A program made the translations under genes and the position numbers. Under the pieces are notes generated by a model. It ran no database searches, was not told the DNA's origin, and saw only the letters and a list, made by a program, of their open reading frames with translations. A stretch of DNA of 64,000 bases, from assembly GCA_965224085.1 (NCBI GenBank), contig CBDCYI010000005.1, positions 864,001 through 928,000 on the forward strand, read 5' to 3'. The DNA is from Candidatus Marinacidobacterales bacterium. Lineage in GTDB: Bacteria > Acidobacteriota > Vicinamibacteria > Marinacidobacterales > SMYC01. Positions 21,459-31,138 of this stretch are shown here, piece by piece (position 1 is the stretch's first letter; the number at the start of each line of letters is the position of its first letter).

Positions 21459-23255
21459 TTAGAACTGCCGCTCCATCGAAACGATGAGCGCTTCGGCGCG
21501 CCTGAGCAGCGCGGTCATCTCCTCCTTCGTCCGAGCGCCCGGCGTGAAGCGCGCTTCTTCGCAGGCCGCAAGCACGGTGGCAAACCCCGTTCGGAGAACG
21601 TCATCGACGCGGCTTGCTTCGAGATGCTCGTCGATGCTCTCCATCGTGAGCCCCGAAGGACTCACGGATTTCTTGTCACCAACATAGCGATAGAGAGCCG
21701 CCGCGATTTCTTCGTAGAAATCCTTCGAGCCTTTCGACGCGAGCTTCGAGGCACTCTTCAGCCGTCCTCGAGCCATCCCGTGCGCGCGCCGGCTGCGGAA
21801 GAGCGTCGAGTGCGTCTTTTCTCGCTCTTTCCTTTTGAGGTAGAGCATGAAGCCGACGTTCCAAAACACGGGAAAGACCAGGCTCGCATAGAAAAGAAAG
21901 CTTCCGTAGAACCGTAATGTCGACACGCCCAGGCTGGCGGGCGCATCTTTGAGATAACGAATGTCCTCGCGAAGCAATTTGACATCCCCGCGAGGCGTCA
22001 CGATAGACGTCGCAGCGTTCGCCGAAGTCGAGGCGGCGGTGCCGGACACGCGCAGCAGCACGGGTCCCGCGGAGGCATTGGCATATTTGCTCGTGCTCGG
22101 GTCGAAATATTGAAAATTCCACGGCCCGATTTCCTTCGTGCCAGAGGACTCGGGCACGAGCACGTATTCCCACGTCTTCTCTCCAGCGAAGCCTGCCCCC
22201 GTTGCGCGGAGCTGTTCGTCCATTTTTGGATCGAAAGTGCGAAAGCCGGGCGTGTCCGGAAGCTCGGGAAGCTCGAGCGAGCGCAGATTGCCGCGGCCCC
22301 GGAGCGCGAGGGTCAGTGTCACCGGGTTCCCCGCTTCGACATCGTCATGGCTCAACAACGCGTGGAGCTCGTAGTCTCCCACCGCACCGGTGAAATCGCG
22401 GCCACGCCCCTCCGGCGGGAGCGGTTTCACATCGAGCGTCACCGCGCTCGAACGCAGCACGATCGGCCGTGAGGCTCTCGCGAAAAAGGCGTCGAACGGG
22501 TCCGAGGAGTTGATCCGAAAAGCCATCGACAACGTCAAAGGCGGGATCGTGCCCCCCCCCGTTCTCGCGGGGAAGACGACCCGCTGTTTCATCGGGAAGG
22601 TCAGGTATTCCTGTCCGTTCACGACCTGCCGCTCGATGCTCGGGTTCCCGAGATCGACTTCCTCGACCCAGAACCCGGTCAAGGGAGGGTCGTCATCCAC
22701 TTGAGGGCCGTGCGGCATGTACTTGCTGAACACGCGATAGGTGACGACCACGCCCTCGCCCTGATAGACCGAGCGCTTGGACACGTCGGCCCGGACGAAA
22801 ACGTCCTCGGCCTTAATCTCGGGCTCGCGCCGTCTTTGCTGGCCGAACGGATCGAAACTGCGGCTTCGAGGACGGCGCGGCAGAACCGACCCAGCTACCA
22901 CCTCGACGCGGATGGGCGCGGTCTCGTACGTCCGCCCCTCGACGTCGACAGGAATGGCCAGGATAGTAAAGGTCCCCTCCGACTGCGGTAGCAGTTGATA
23001 AGTGAACGAGCTCGTCGAGGACGTCCGACCGTTCACGATCGAGAATCGGCTGGACGTCGAAGGCCCACTGACCCGAAACCCGTCGATGCTCGGAAACCGC
23101 GGCGTCCCTTTGCCGCCGTTCACCGAAACGGTGAGCTCCAATACGTCGTCGATCCCAATCCGCCGAGCGTTGACGGTGGCCTCCACCGTTACCCGCTGCC
23201 CAAAAGCCAACCCCGCCGCGAGAACGACCAAGCCAACCAAAAGAAAACGCCTCAT
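21459..23255 (-). CDS. batD: BatD family protein
   Basis: S.SS.FSIVNG, VYQGE, GFWVEE, FTGAVG, G.GNL; position in the operon. Confidence 0.88.
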   Translation of the reverse strand: MRRFLLVGLVVLAAGLAFGQRVTVEATVNARRIGIDDVLELTVSVNGGKGTPRFPSIDGFRVSGPSTSSRFSIVNGRTSSTSSFTYQLLPQSEGTFTILAIPVDVEGRTYETAPIRVEVVAGSVLPRRPRSRSFDPFGQQRRREPEIKAEDVFVRADVSKRSVYQGEGVVVTYRVFSKYMPHGPQVDDDPPLTGFWVEEVDLGNPSIERQVVNGQEYLTFPMKQRVVFPARTGGGTIPPLTLSMAFRINSSDPFDAFFARASRPIVLRSSAVTLDVKPLPPEGRGRDFTGAVGDYELHALLSHDDVEAGNPVTLTLALRGRGNLRSLELPELPDTPGFRTFDPKMDEQLRATGAGFAGEKTWEYVLVPESSGTKEIGPWNFQYFDPSTSKYANASAGPVLLRVSGTAASTSANAATSIVTPRGDVKLLREDIRYLKDAPASLGVSTLRFYGSFLFYASLVFPVFWNVGFMLYLKRKEREKTHSTLFRSRRAHGMARGRLKSASKLASKGSKDFYEEIAAALYRYVGDKKSVSPSGLTMESIDEHLEASRVDDVLRTGFATVLAACEEARFTPGARTKEEMTALLRRAEALIVSMERQF

Positions 23256-23274
23256 AAAAGCCCTGAATCCTGAC

Positions 23275-23994
23275 CTACCAATACCGCCCCTTTCCCCGCG
23301 CCTTCGCTTTCTGTTTTTCCTGCTGCTCCATTTGTTGCTGCAGCTCCATCTGGGCGAGCGCTTGAAGAATTTGCTCGGCCTCTTCTTGGCTCATTTCCAT
23401 CGGCCGCGGCTCGGCATTCTGCTCATCGGCATCCTGCTCCTGCGGAGAAGGCTCGGGAGATTTTTCTTGCTCGGTTTGCTCTTCCGAGCTCGCGTCCTCC
23501 TCCTGGTTCTTGTCGTGCGACTGGTCTTCCTCTTCTTTATCCTTGTCCGAGTCGCCGCCACCGCCTTCCTGCTGCTGTTGTTGCTCGGAAAGCTTCTTCA
23601 AAGCAAGCTCGAGATTCTGCCGCGCGTCAATATCATCGGGGTCGACACGTAGCGCGTCGCTATACGACTTGACGGCGTCCTCCCACTCTTCACGGGTGTA
23701 GTGGATGTTGCCCACATTGAAATGCGCGCGCCGCTTGAGCTCGGGCTCGGCATCTAGCGCCATCTTGTACTGCTCGAGCGCTTTGTCGAGATCTTCTTTG
23801 CGAAACTGAACGTTTCCAATGTTGTAGTGGAGCTCGCGTGCATCCGGGTGCCCGACCTGCGCTTGGGTGTAGCTCGTCAGCGCCTCGTCCAGATCCCCGG
23901 CCACATAAGCCTCGTTACCTTCTTTGTTGCTGCCCTCTTCTACAGGCCCGAGAATCTGGGCCACGACCAACAGAGTCAAGCTCCAAAGTTTCAT
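23275..23994 (-). CDS. batC: BatC: TPR protein with Q/E-rich linker
   Basis: YNIGN, FNVGN, DARQNLELA, acidic linker, MSQEEAEQILQAL, terminal W. Confidence 0.82.
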   Translation of the reverse strand: MKLWSLTLLVVAQILGPVEEGSNKEGNEAYVAGDLDEALTSYTQAQVGHPDARELHYNIGNVQFRKEDLDKALEQYKMALDAEPELKRRAHFNVGNIHYTREEWEDAVKSYSDALRVDPDDIDARQNLELALKKLSEQQQQQEGGGGDSDKDKEEEDQSHDKNQEEDASSEEQTEQEKSPEPSPQEQDADEQNAEPRPMEMSQEEAEQILQALAQMELQQQMEQQEKQKAKARGKGRYW

Positions 23995-24998
23995 ACAACC
24001 TCCCGTCGTTGCCTCGGTAGGAGCGTATCTGCAAGCAAGAAAGCGATGGCTAATGCCAGCGCCCAATAGTAGCGCTCCCGGTAGCGCGTGAAGAGCTGCG
24101 ACTCCAAGTCCGCACCTTCCATGCCCATCACGAGCGACGTAATACCTTCTATCTCTTCGTCCTTCTCCGAAACGCGAAAATACTCGCCGCCGGTCGCGAG
24201 CGCGAGCTCACCCAGCGTCTTCTCATCGAGACGGCTCAATACCGGCTGCCCCTCCGCGTCACGCACGTAGTCCGAAACCTCGCCACGCTCGTTCCGTACG
24301 GGAATCGGCTCGCCGCCCGGCGTTCCCACGCCGACGGCATGGATCACGATCCCATCTTGGCGCGCCTCTTCGGCCACTGCCAACACGTCCCCGCTTTGCT
24401 GCTCCCCGTCCGTTAGCAGGACGATCACGCGATGTGTGGCGTTGCGAGAGACGAAACCGCGCTTCGCGGCCTCGAGCGCTTGCACGATATTCGTCCCCGG
24501 CTCGGAAATGACTCCCGTCGCCACGGTGTCGAGGAAGAGGCGCGCGGCACCGTAATCGAGCGTCAAAGGGCATTGGACGAAAGAGGTCCCCGAGAAAACA
24601 ACGAGGCCGAGGCGGTTTCCCTGCAGTTGGTCCATGAGCTGCGAGGCGATATAGCGCGCGCGCTCCATCCGCGAAGGAGCCACGTCGGTCGCGTCCATGC
24701 TGAATGACGTGTCGAGTACGAGAAACACATCCACGCCGCGTGCGAAGACTTCCTGCTGCCCTTGACCCCATTGGGGACGTGCGATAGCGAGCACGAGGAA
24801 GAATACCGCCGCACCCACGAGAGCGGGCTTCACAAGCTCACGCGTCGCGCTCACACGGAGCGAGAGCCGCTCGAGAAGCGCCAGATCACCGAGCTTTTCG
24901 ATCGCCTGACGGCGCCTCTTCTTGCTCCAGATGAGAAACCACGCGAGCGCCGGCAGAAGTAGCCACAAATAGAACGCGTCGGGCGTCGCGAATTGCAT
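23991..24998 (-). CDS. batB: BatB: VWA domain protein
   Basis: ARPQWG, LDTSFSM, DVAPSRM, PLTLDY, LLTDGE. Confidence 0.88.
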   Translation of the reverse strand: MQFATPDAFYLWLLLPALAWFLIWSKKRRRQAIEKLGDLALLERLSLRVSATRELVKPALVGAAVFFLVLAIARPQWGQGQQEVFARGVDVFLVLDTSFSMDATDVAPSRMERARYIASQLMDQLQGNRLGLVVFSGTSFVQCPLTLDYGAARLFLDTVATGVISEPGTNIVQALEAAKRGFVSRNATHRVIVLLTDGEQQSGDVLAVAEEARQDGIVIHAVGVGTPGGEPIPVRNERGEVSDYVRDAEGQPVLSRLDEKTLGELALATGGEYFRVSEKDEEIEGITSLVMGMEGADLESQLFTRYRERYYWALALAIAFLLADTLLPRQRREVV

Positions 24999-25987
24999 CA
25001 GGGATACCTCGCGAGCCTTGTTTTCGACAAGAGCGCTTCAGCGACAAGAAAGCCGAGCGCGAGCATCATAAAATACGGCGCGAGCTCCGAATAGAGCACA
25101 TATTGAATTTGCTCGATCTCTGTCCGCTCGAGCGCGTCGATTTCCTCGTAGACCGCTTCGAGAGATTCCGCATCGCGCGCTCGGAAAAACTGCGCGCCCG
25201 TGATCGTAGCGATCTCCGTTAGCGTTTCCTCATCGATCGAGATCTCGACGTTGCGGTAGACGGTGCCGTAGAGAGGATCGCGGAACGGGTAGGGCACCTC
25301 GCCGCCCCTGCCGACACCCACTGCGTAGACGCGGATGCCAAACGTCTTGGCGAGCTGGGCCGCGGTAATGGGATCGACTTCGCCCGCGGTGTTCTCGCCA
25401 TCGGTAAGAAGGATCATGATGCGGGACTCGGCATCGGATTCTTTCAACCGGTTGACCGCGGAGGCGATCGCGTTCCCGATGGCGGTGCCGTCGGCAATGG
25501 CGCCGATCTGAACGTCCTCCAGCTGCGCCAAGAGGATGTCGTGATCGAGAGTGAGCGGCGTTTTCGTGATCGCGTGACGCGCGAAAACCGTCATCCCGAG
25601 GCGATCGTTATCACGCCGCTTGATGAAATCGGAGACGACGTCCTTGCCGACCGACAGACGGTTGTTGGGTTTGAAGTCTTCCGCGAGCATGCTGCTCGAG
25701 ACATCGATGACGAGCATGATGTCGACGCCCTCGGCATGGATCTCTTCGCCCGCGGCGCCTTGCTGAGGCCGAGCGAGCGCTAGGATCAGGAGCGCCAATG
25801 AGAGCATCCTGAGCGCGAAAGGGACCCACACGAGACGCGCGGAGAGCGAGTGCTCTAGCCGCGCTAGACCCGAAACATCCGAATAGCGGAGCGCGGGGGT
25901 CCGGGCACCGAAGCGCACGCGCACATAGATGAGAAGCGGGACGATCGCGAGCAAGAGTGCGAGCCACGGGTAAGCGAGCCGCGTCAT
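24998..25987 (-). CDS. batA: BatA: VWA domain protein
   Basis: LARPQ, IDVSSSMLAEDF.PNNRL, PLTLDH, GTAIG, LLTDGEN. Confidence 0.9.
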   Translation of the reverse strand: MTRLAYPWLALLLAIVPLLIYVRVRFGARTPALRYSDVSGLARLEHSLSARLVWVPFALRMLSLALLILALARPQQGAAGEEIHAEGVDIMLVIDVSSSMLAEDFKPNNRLSVGKDVVSDFIKRRDNDRLGMTVFARHAITKTPLTLDHDILLAQLEDVQIGAIADGTAIGNAIASAVNRLKESDAESRIMILLTDGENTAGEVDPITAAQLAKTFGIRVYAVGVGRGGEVPYPFRDPLYGTVYRNVEISIDEETLTEIATITGAQFFRARDAESLEAVYEEIDALERTEIEQIQYVLYSELAPYFMMLALGFLVAEALLSKTRLARYP

Positions 25988-26967
25988 GCGGGCGCCTCCA
26001 TGGGCTCGTTGCTCGATGAAGGTGAAGACGGCGAGCGCGGCGGCGCCGGCTTCGTCGCCCGCACGAGCGCGCGCGCAAGGGCAAAAGAGCTCCGCGCCTC
26101 GTCCTGCTCGGGCATCGTTTTCGCAAACTTCACGAGATCGGCCGCCTCGAGGATGTCGCGGAGGCCTTTGACCGGCTGGTCCCGAAGGTCAGAAAGGATC
26201 TCGTCGGTCGTCCGCTCTAAATACGGTACGTCGAAACGTCTGCCAGCATAACGCTTCATGATGTCGGTCAGTTCCGTGAAAAAGAGCTCGAGCCTGAAAT
26301 TCTCGATGAGTTTTCTCTCCGCCAGGCGTGCGAGCGCGGCTTCCGCTTCGACATCAGGACGCGGCGGAGGCGGGGTCCAGACCGGAGCGGCCTTGGAATC
26401 GAGCTCTTTCCGAAATTTTCTATAAATAATGTAGGCGATGGCCGCCAGAAGGAGCGCCGCCAGAAGCCACCACAGAAGGCTCCAATCTCTCGATACGGTC
26501 AGGACCGCCTGACGCTTGATGTCGTGGATGTCGGTCACGTCCGGCGTCAAAGATGTCACGACGCGGATGGGGACGGGGTCGGTCTCGAGGACCGCTATCT
26601 CGCCGTCGTTCCCCTGGTAGCTCACTTGAAGAGCGCCCACTTCGAGATCGGCCGGAAGCTGATAGGCAGCGACGCGGTAATGCAGTCGGGTCTCGACCGG
26701 GGACACTTCCTCCCGCCAGTGCTCGATGACAGAGAACGGCTCGATCTCTGTTTCCGGCGGCGGCACGAAATGGCCTTCCGGTGGATGCGTGATGGCGAGC
26801 GTCAGGGTCACGTCGTCTCCAACCTCCACTTCCGAAACATCGGTCGAAGCTGACACGGACCACTCGATGGGGCCTTCGGGGATTTCGGCCGCCTCCTCGC
26901 GCGCGCATGCCACGGCGCCGATAACTATGACCAACCAACAAGCCGCGCGTGTCATCGTTGTCGTCAT
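25984..26967 (-). CDS. Bat-associated membrane protein (DUF4381-like)
   Basis: DIHDIK before a TM helix, LERTTDE, ADLVKFAK; usual position between DUF58 and batA. Confidence 0.75.
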   Translation of the reverse strand: MTTTMTRAACWLVIVIGAVACAREEAAEIPEGPIEWSVSASTDVSEVEVGDDVTLTLAITHPPEGHFVPPPETEIEPFSVIEHWREEVSPVETRLHYRVAAYQLPADLEVGALQVSYQGNDGEIAVLETDPVPIRVVTSLTPDVTDIHDIKRQAVLTVSRDWSLLWWLLAALLLAAIAYIIYRKFRKELDSKAAPVWTPPPPRPDVEAEAALARLAERKLIENFRLELFFTELTDIMKRYAGRRFDVPYLERTTDEILSDLRDQPVKGLRDILEAADLVKFAKTMPEQDEARSSFALARALVRATKPAPPRSPSSPSSSNEPMEAPA

Positions 26968-26969
26968 CT

Positions 26970-27851
26970 CTAGTGTCTAAGGCGCCTCGCGCGCATCTCG
27001 AAAAAGCGCATGAGCGGACGGTCATAGGGCACATCGGTCTGGACGTCGATGCGATCGATCGCCATGCTCTTGAGCTCGTCCTGTTGTTTCCGGCGGCGCG
27101 CCTCGAAGCCGGCCCGATAGGCTTTCATGGCTTTGCGATCGGACGTATCGAGCAAGAGGGTCCGGCCTGTCTCGGCATCTTCGAGCTCGACGAGGCCGAC
27201 GCCTGGAATCTTGCTCTCTCCGGGATCGGAGATGAATATCGACACCACGTCGTGTTTTTGGGCGGCGATGCGCAGCGGCTTCTCGAACTTCGAGTCGATA
27301 AAATCCGAGAGTACGAAAACCACCGCGCGTTTGCGCGCGATGCGATTCAAGTACTCGCACGCCTTGGCCACGTTGGTCCCCTTCCCTCTCGGCTCGAAGA
27401 AGAGTAAATCGCGGATGACGCGGAGCACGTGGCCGCGGCCTTTACGGGGGGGGATGTACATCTCGACATCGTCCGTGAACACGATGGCGCCGACGCGATC
27501 GTTGTTCTTGATGGCGCTGAACGCGATCAGGGCGCCAATCTCCGCCGCGACTTCGCGCTTGAACCGGGACCGCGTCCCGAAATCGGCGGAGCCACTGGCG
27601 TCGAGCATGAGCAAGACGGTGAGCTCCCGCTCTTCCGTGAATTTCTTGACGTGAAGATTTCCGGTGCGGGACGTGACGTTCCAGTCGATGGTCCGGATGT
27701 CATCTCCTATTTGATACTCGCGCACCTCGGAGAACTCCATCCCGCGCCCTTTGAAGATACTGTGATATTCCCCGGCGAGCGCGTCCGTAACCAAACGCCG
27801 AGTCTTGATCTCGATATGCCGAACCTTCTCGAGAACCTCGCGAGCAAGCAT
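26970..27851 (-). CDS. DUF58 domain protein
   Basis: GEYHSIFKGRGMEFSEVREYQIGDDIRTIDWNVT, EEREL, LSDF. Confidence 0.92.
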   Translation of the reverse strand: MLAREVLEKVRHIEIKTRRLVTDALAGEYHSIFKGRGMEFSEVREYQIGDDIRTIDWNVTSRTGNLHVKKFTEERELTVLLMLDASGSADFGTRSRFKREVAAEIGALIAFSAIKNNDRVGAIVFTDDVEMYIPPRKGRGHVLRVIRDLLFFEPRGKGTNVAKACEYLNRIARKRAVVFVLSDFIDSKFEKPLRIAAQKHDVVSIFISDPGESKIPGVGLVELEDAETGRTLLLDTSDRKAMKAYRAGFEARRRKQQDELKSMAIDRIDVQTDVPYDRPLMRFFEMRARRLRH

Positions 27852-27908
27852 TGAGAAACAGCTAATAGCGCAGCCAGCCGGTAGCCGGCGAAAAACGCAC
27901 GGGCCCCA

Positions 27909-28020
27909 CCAGCAGGGTGCTGAAAGGCTCATCTGCACCCTGCGCTCGCTTCGCTCCCCCGGCCCGAAAGGGCCGACGGCACGCCAGCCGAGCTCGGTGC
28001 AAGTTCAAGAGAGAGCGAGC
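27909..28020 (-). repeat. ~110-bp intergenic repeat, copy B (inverted relative to copy A)
   Basis: See copy A; internal hairpin GGCCC-GAAA-GGGCC. Confidence 0.7.
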
Positions 28021-28030
28021 ATTGAGCACA

Positions 28031-29017
28031 CTATGGAACCTCTACCGTGTCGAAAATGCGCTGAATGATCTCCTCGGGCTTCACGTTCTCCGCTTCGGCC
28101 TCGTAGGAAAGGATCAAACGATGGCGCAGAACGTCCGGCCCCACGGACTTCACATCCTCGGGTGTCACGTAACCGCGCGAGCGGATGAACGCGTGGGCCC
28201 GAGCCGCTTGCGCGAGAAAAAGCGTCGCCCTTGGCGAAGCGCCGAACTCGATGAGCGGTGCCAAATCGAGCCCGAGCTCGTCCGGGTTGCGGGTCGCAAA
28301 GACGATCTCGATGATGTACTCCTTGACGCGCTCGTCCATGTATACATTTTCGACGACCGTGCGGGCCTTGATGATGTCGGTGGCGTCGACGACTTTCCTC
28401 GTGCGCGGCTGGTCCTCCTTCGACATGCGGTCGAGGATCTCACGCTCTTGTTTGCGGTTGGGATAGTCGAGCTTGAGCTTGAGCATGAAGCGGTCGACTT
28501 GCGCTTCAGGAAGCGGGTAGGTTCCCTCCTGCTCGATGGGATTTTGTGTCGCGAGCACGACAAAGGGCTCCTCGAGCGGGTAGGTCGTATCGCCGATCGT
28601 GACTTGACGCTCCTGCATCGACTCGAGAAGCGCGCTCTGCACTTTCGCGGGCGCTCGATTGATCTCGTCCGCGAGCAGGAAGTTGGTGAAGATGGGTCCC
28701 TTCTTCGGAACGAACACGCCCTCTTTCTGGTTGTAGATGAGCGTCCCGACGAGGTCTGCCGGCAGCAAATCCGGCGTGAATTGGATCCGCTGAAACCGAG
28801 CGTGGATGGCGTCCGCGAGACTTTGCACGGCGAGCGTTTTCGCAAGCCCGGGAACGCCCTCGAGTAGGACGTGGCCCCGGCTGAGAAGGCCGATTAACAG
28901 CCGGTCCAGCATGTTCTGCTGGCCCACGATGACTTTGCGAAGCTCCGTCAGCAAGGTCTGGACGAAGACGGCTTCTTTTTTGACGGCGTCGTTGATCGCT
29001 TGAATTCCCGTTTCCAT
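28031..29017 (-). CDS. moxR: MoxR family AAA+ ATPase
   Basis: EGVPGLAKT, RIQFTPDLLPAD, LADEINRAPAKVQSALLE, ATQNPIEQEGTYPLPEAQ.DRF. Confidence 0.95.
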   Translation of the reverse strand: METGIQAINDAVKKEAVFVQTLLTELRKVIVGQQNMLDRLLIGLLSRGHVLLEGVPGLAKTLAVQSLADAIHARFQRIQFTPDLLPADLVGTLIYNQKEGVFVPKKGPIFTNFLLADEINRAPAKVQSALLESMQERQVTIGDTTYPLEEPFVVLATQNPIEQEGTYPLPEAQVDRFMLKLKLDYPNRKQEREILDRMSKEDQPRTRKVVDATDIIKARTVVENVYMDERVKEYIIEIVFATRNPDELGLDLAPLIEFGASPRATLFLAQAARAHAFIRSRGYVTPEDVKSVGPDVLRHRLILSYEAEAENVKPEEIIQRIFDTVEVP

Positions 29018-29146
29018 GACGACTGGGATTATAGCAGAAACACTTTTGCGGCCGCTTAACTCCTTCGCATGCAGCAGCTTGCGTCATTTGCCTTGAGCGA
29101 TCCAAAGCTATATGGTGAGCTTCGAGAAGAAGGAGGGTCAAAGGCC

Positions 29147-30203
29147 ATGACGAAGCAATTTTTTTTTATGTACAGCACTGTTGGGGCTGTTCGCCGTCGC
29201 GGTCGTTTGGGCGCAGAAGGCCGACGTCGTCGCGGGCGAGATGGCCACCGGCGCGAAACACCTTCTCGGCGCGCTAGACGCCGAGCAGCAGAAAACAGCC
29301 ACCATCCCATTCGCCGATGAAGAGCGCTACAACTTCCACTACATCCCGCGCGCGCGTCTCGGCATGTCCTACAAAGATATGGAGCCGGGCCAACGAAAAG
29401 TCGGCCTTTCGCTGCTCGCGAGCGGCCTCAGCGGCCGCGGCATGTCCCAAGCGCTCGACATCATGTATCTCGAGCAAATCCTGTTCGAGCTCGAAAAACA
29501 CCCTCGGCGGGATCCCGACGCCTATTTCTTTACCATCTTCGGGACGCCCGGGGAGTCAGAAGATTGGGGTTGGCGTTTCGAAGGCCACCACCTGTCGCTC
29601 AACTTCACTCTACGCGACGGTCGCATCGTCTCGGCGGCGCCAGCCTTTTGGGGCGTGAATCCAGCCAACGTTGTCGACGGCCCCAATAGAGGGATGCGCG
29701 TTCTCGAGAGCGAAGAGGTTTTGGGTCGCGCGCTCTTGAAATCTTTCGAGAACCGGAACAACGTGATCATCATGGCGGAAGCGCCGAGAGACATCGTCAC
29801 GACCACGGACCGCCGTGTCGAACTGGGAGCACCCGCAGGCGTTTCGCACGAGGACATGAACGCCGCCCAGAGAGAAGCGCTGCTTGCGCTCGTGTCTCAC
29901 TACGCGCAGCGGATGCGCCGGGAAATCGGGCAGTCAACGCTCGAGCGGATTCGCGAGGCGGGTGTCGAGAACATTCACTTCGCCTGGGCTGGCGGCGACG
30001 AGCCGGGAGAGCCGCATTACTACCGTATCCACGGCCCGACATTTCTCGTCGAGTACGACAATACGCAGAACGACGCGAACCACATCCACACCGTATGGCG
30101 CAACCTGGACGCGGACTTCGGGGACGTAGACCTACTATCCGACCACTATGCCCGAAGCCCTCACCACCAGCCCGGCGACCTAGGGGCGCGCGCCGGACAC
30201 TGA
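29147..30203 (+). CDS. DUF3500 domain exported protein; signal peptide out of frame at a T9 tract
   Basis: YFFTIFGTP, WGWRFEGHHLSLN, FAWAG, YYRIHGPTFLVEYDN, NHIHTVWR; AGGAGG then ATG 29147; T run 29159-29167. Confidence 0.85.
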
Positions 30204-30431
30204 GCCAAGCGCCAAACACTTCAAAGATGAGGAGCGCGGGAGGCCTCCCGCCGTCGGGGCGGCGGGAGTGCTCCACACGGTTGGGGAGCGACGTTTTGTT
30301 TCAGCATTCAAAGCACCCGGGGCTCGTTCGAGCACGTTGGGGCAAGACTAACCTATCCGACCGTCTATTGCTGTGACGCGGAGCAGGGGCGGAAGCACCA
30401 CGCAAAATGAGGGTGAAAATCCCCCGCCCTG

Positions 30432-31049
30432 TCAGAACCGGATGCCGATGCTTACAGAGGCCTCGACGTTATGCACCCGTGCCTCGGGGTTCGTGAGACC
30501 GATGATGTCTCCGATGGTCCCGAGCCCAAAATCGTCGAGCCCGAACGTCGTCACGTGATCGCGCACGTCGAATCGTAGCGCGAGGCGGCTGACGTTGAAC
30601 TTGATGCCCCCACCGAAATTCCATCCGAACCTCGCGTTGCTCAACGACAGGAAGTCCGCTAGATTGATATCGACATAGTGCAAGCCGATCCCGCCCGTGA
30701 CGAATGGGGAGATCGGGCCCGGCAAGACGATGATGAGAACGTTGGCCTCGGTGTAAAGAAGGTTCGCCGCCACTTCCTGATTGAAGGCGCCGACGACGAC
30801 CGCAGACGGGTTGAAGGTCAAGCTCCCCTCGAATCCAATCGGGAAACCATACTTGCCGACGCGAATGCCGTAAATCGGGCTGTTCTGGAACGACGCTCTT
30901 AGGTCAAGATTGGGATCCGTCAGGACGTTGAAGTTTCCGCCGAAGCCCGCGCCGAGAATAAAAGTGAGCTCGTTATGGGCGCGAGCCTCCCGCGGGGCAA
31001 CGCTCGAGCACAATAGAGCAGCGGCACAAACAAAGAACCACTTTTTCAA
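30432..31049 (-). CDS. Outer-membrane beta-barrel protein (OMP_b-brl-like)
   Basis: AGGAGG + TTG start, signal peptide, SPFVTGGIG, GWNFGGGIK, LRFDVRD, terminal Phe. Confidence 0.8.
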   Translation of the reverse strand: MKKWFFVCAAALLCSSVAPREARAHNELTFILGAGFGGNFNVLTDPNLDLRASFQNSPIYGIRVGKYGFPIGFEGSLTFNPSAVVVGAFNQEVAANLLYTEANVLIIVLPGPISPFVTGGIGLHYVDINLADFLSLSNARFGWNFGGGIKFNVSRLALRFDVRDHVTTFGLDDFGLGTIGDIIGLTNPEARVHNVEASVSIGIRF

Positions 31050-31138
31050 CGAAGCCTCCTCGTGTCTTAACCGGCGAACGCGCGGACTATAGCCTGAAAC
31101 GACCACGGCCGCTAGCATCGTATTAGAATGTTTGCGAC

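Noticed and set aside
30230-30274. GC-rich hairpin between convergent genes as a novel ncRNA
   Set aside because: Single occurrence; adequately explained as a terminator or REP-like stem.
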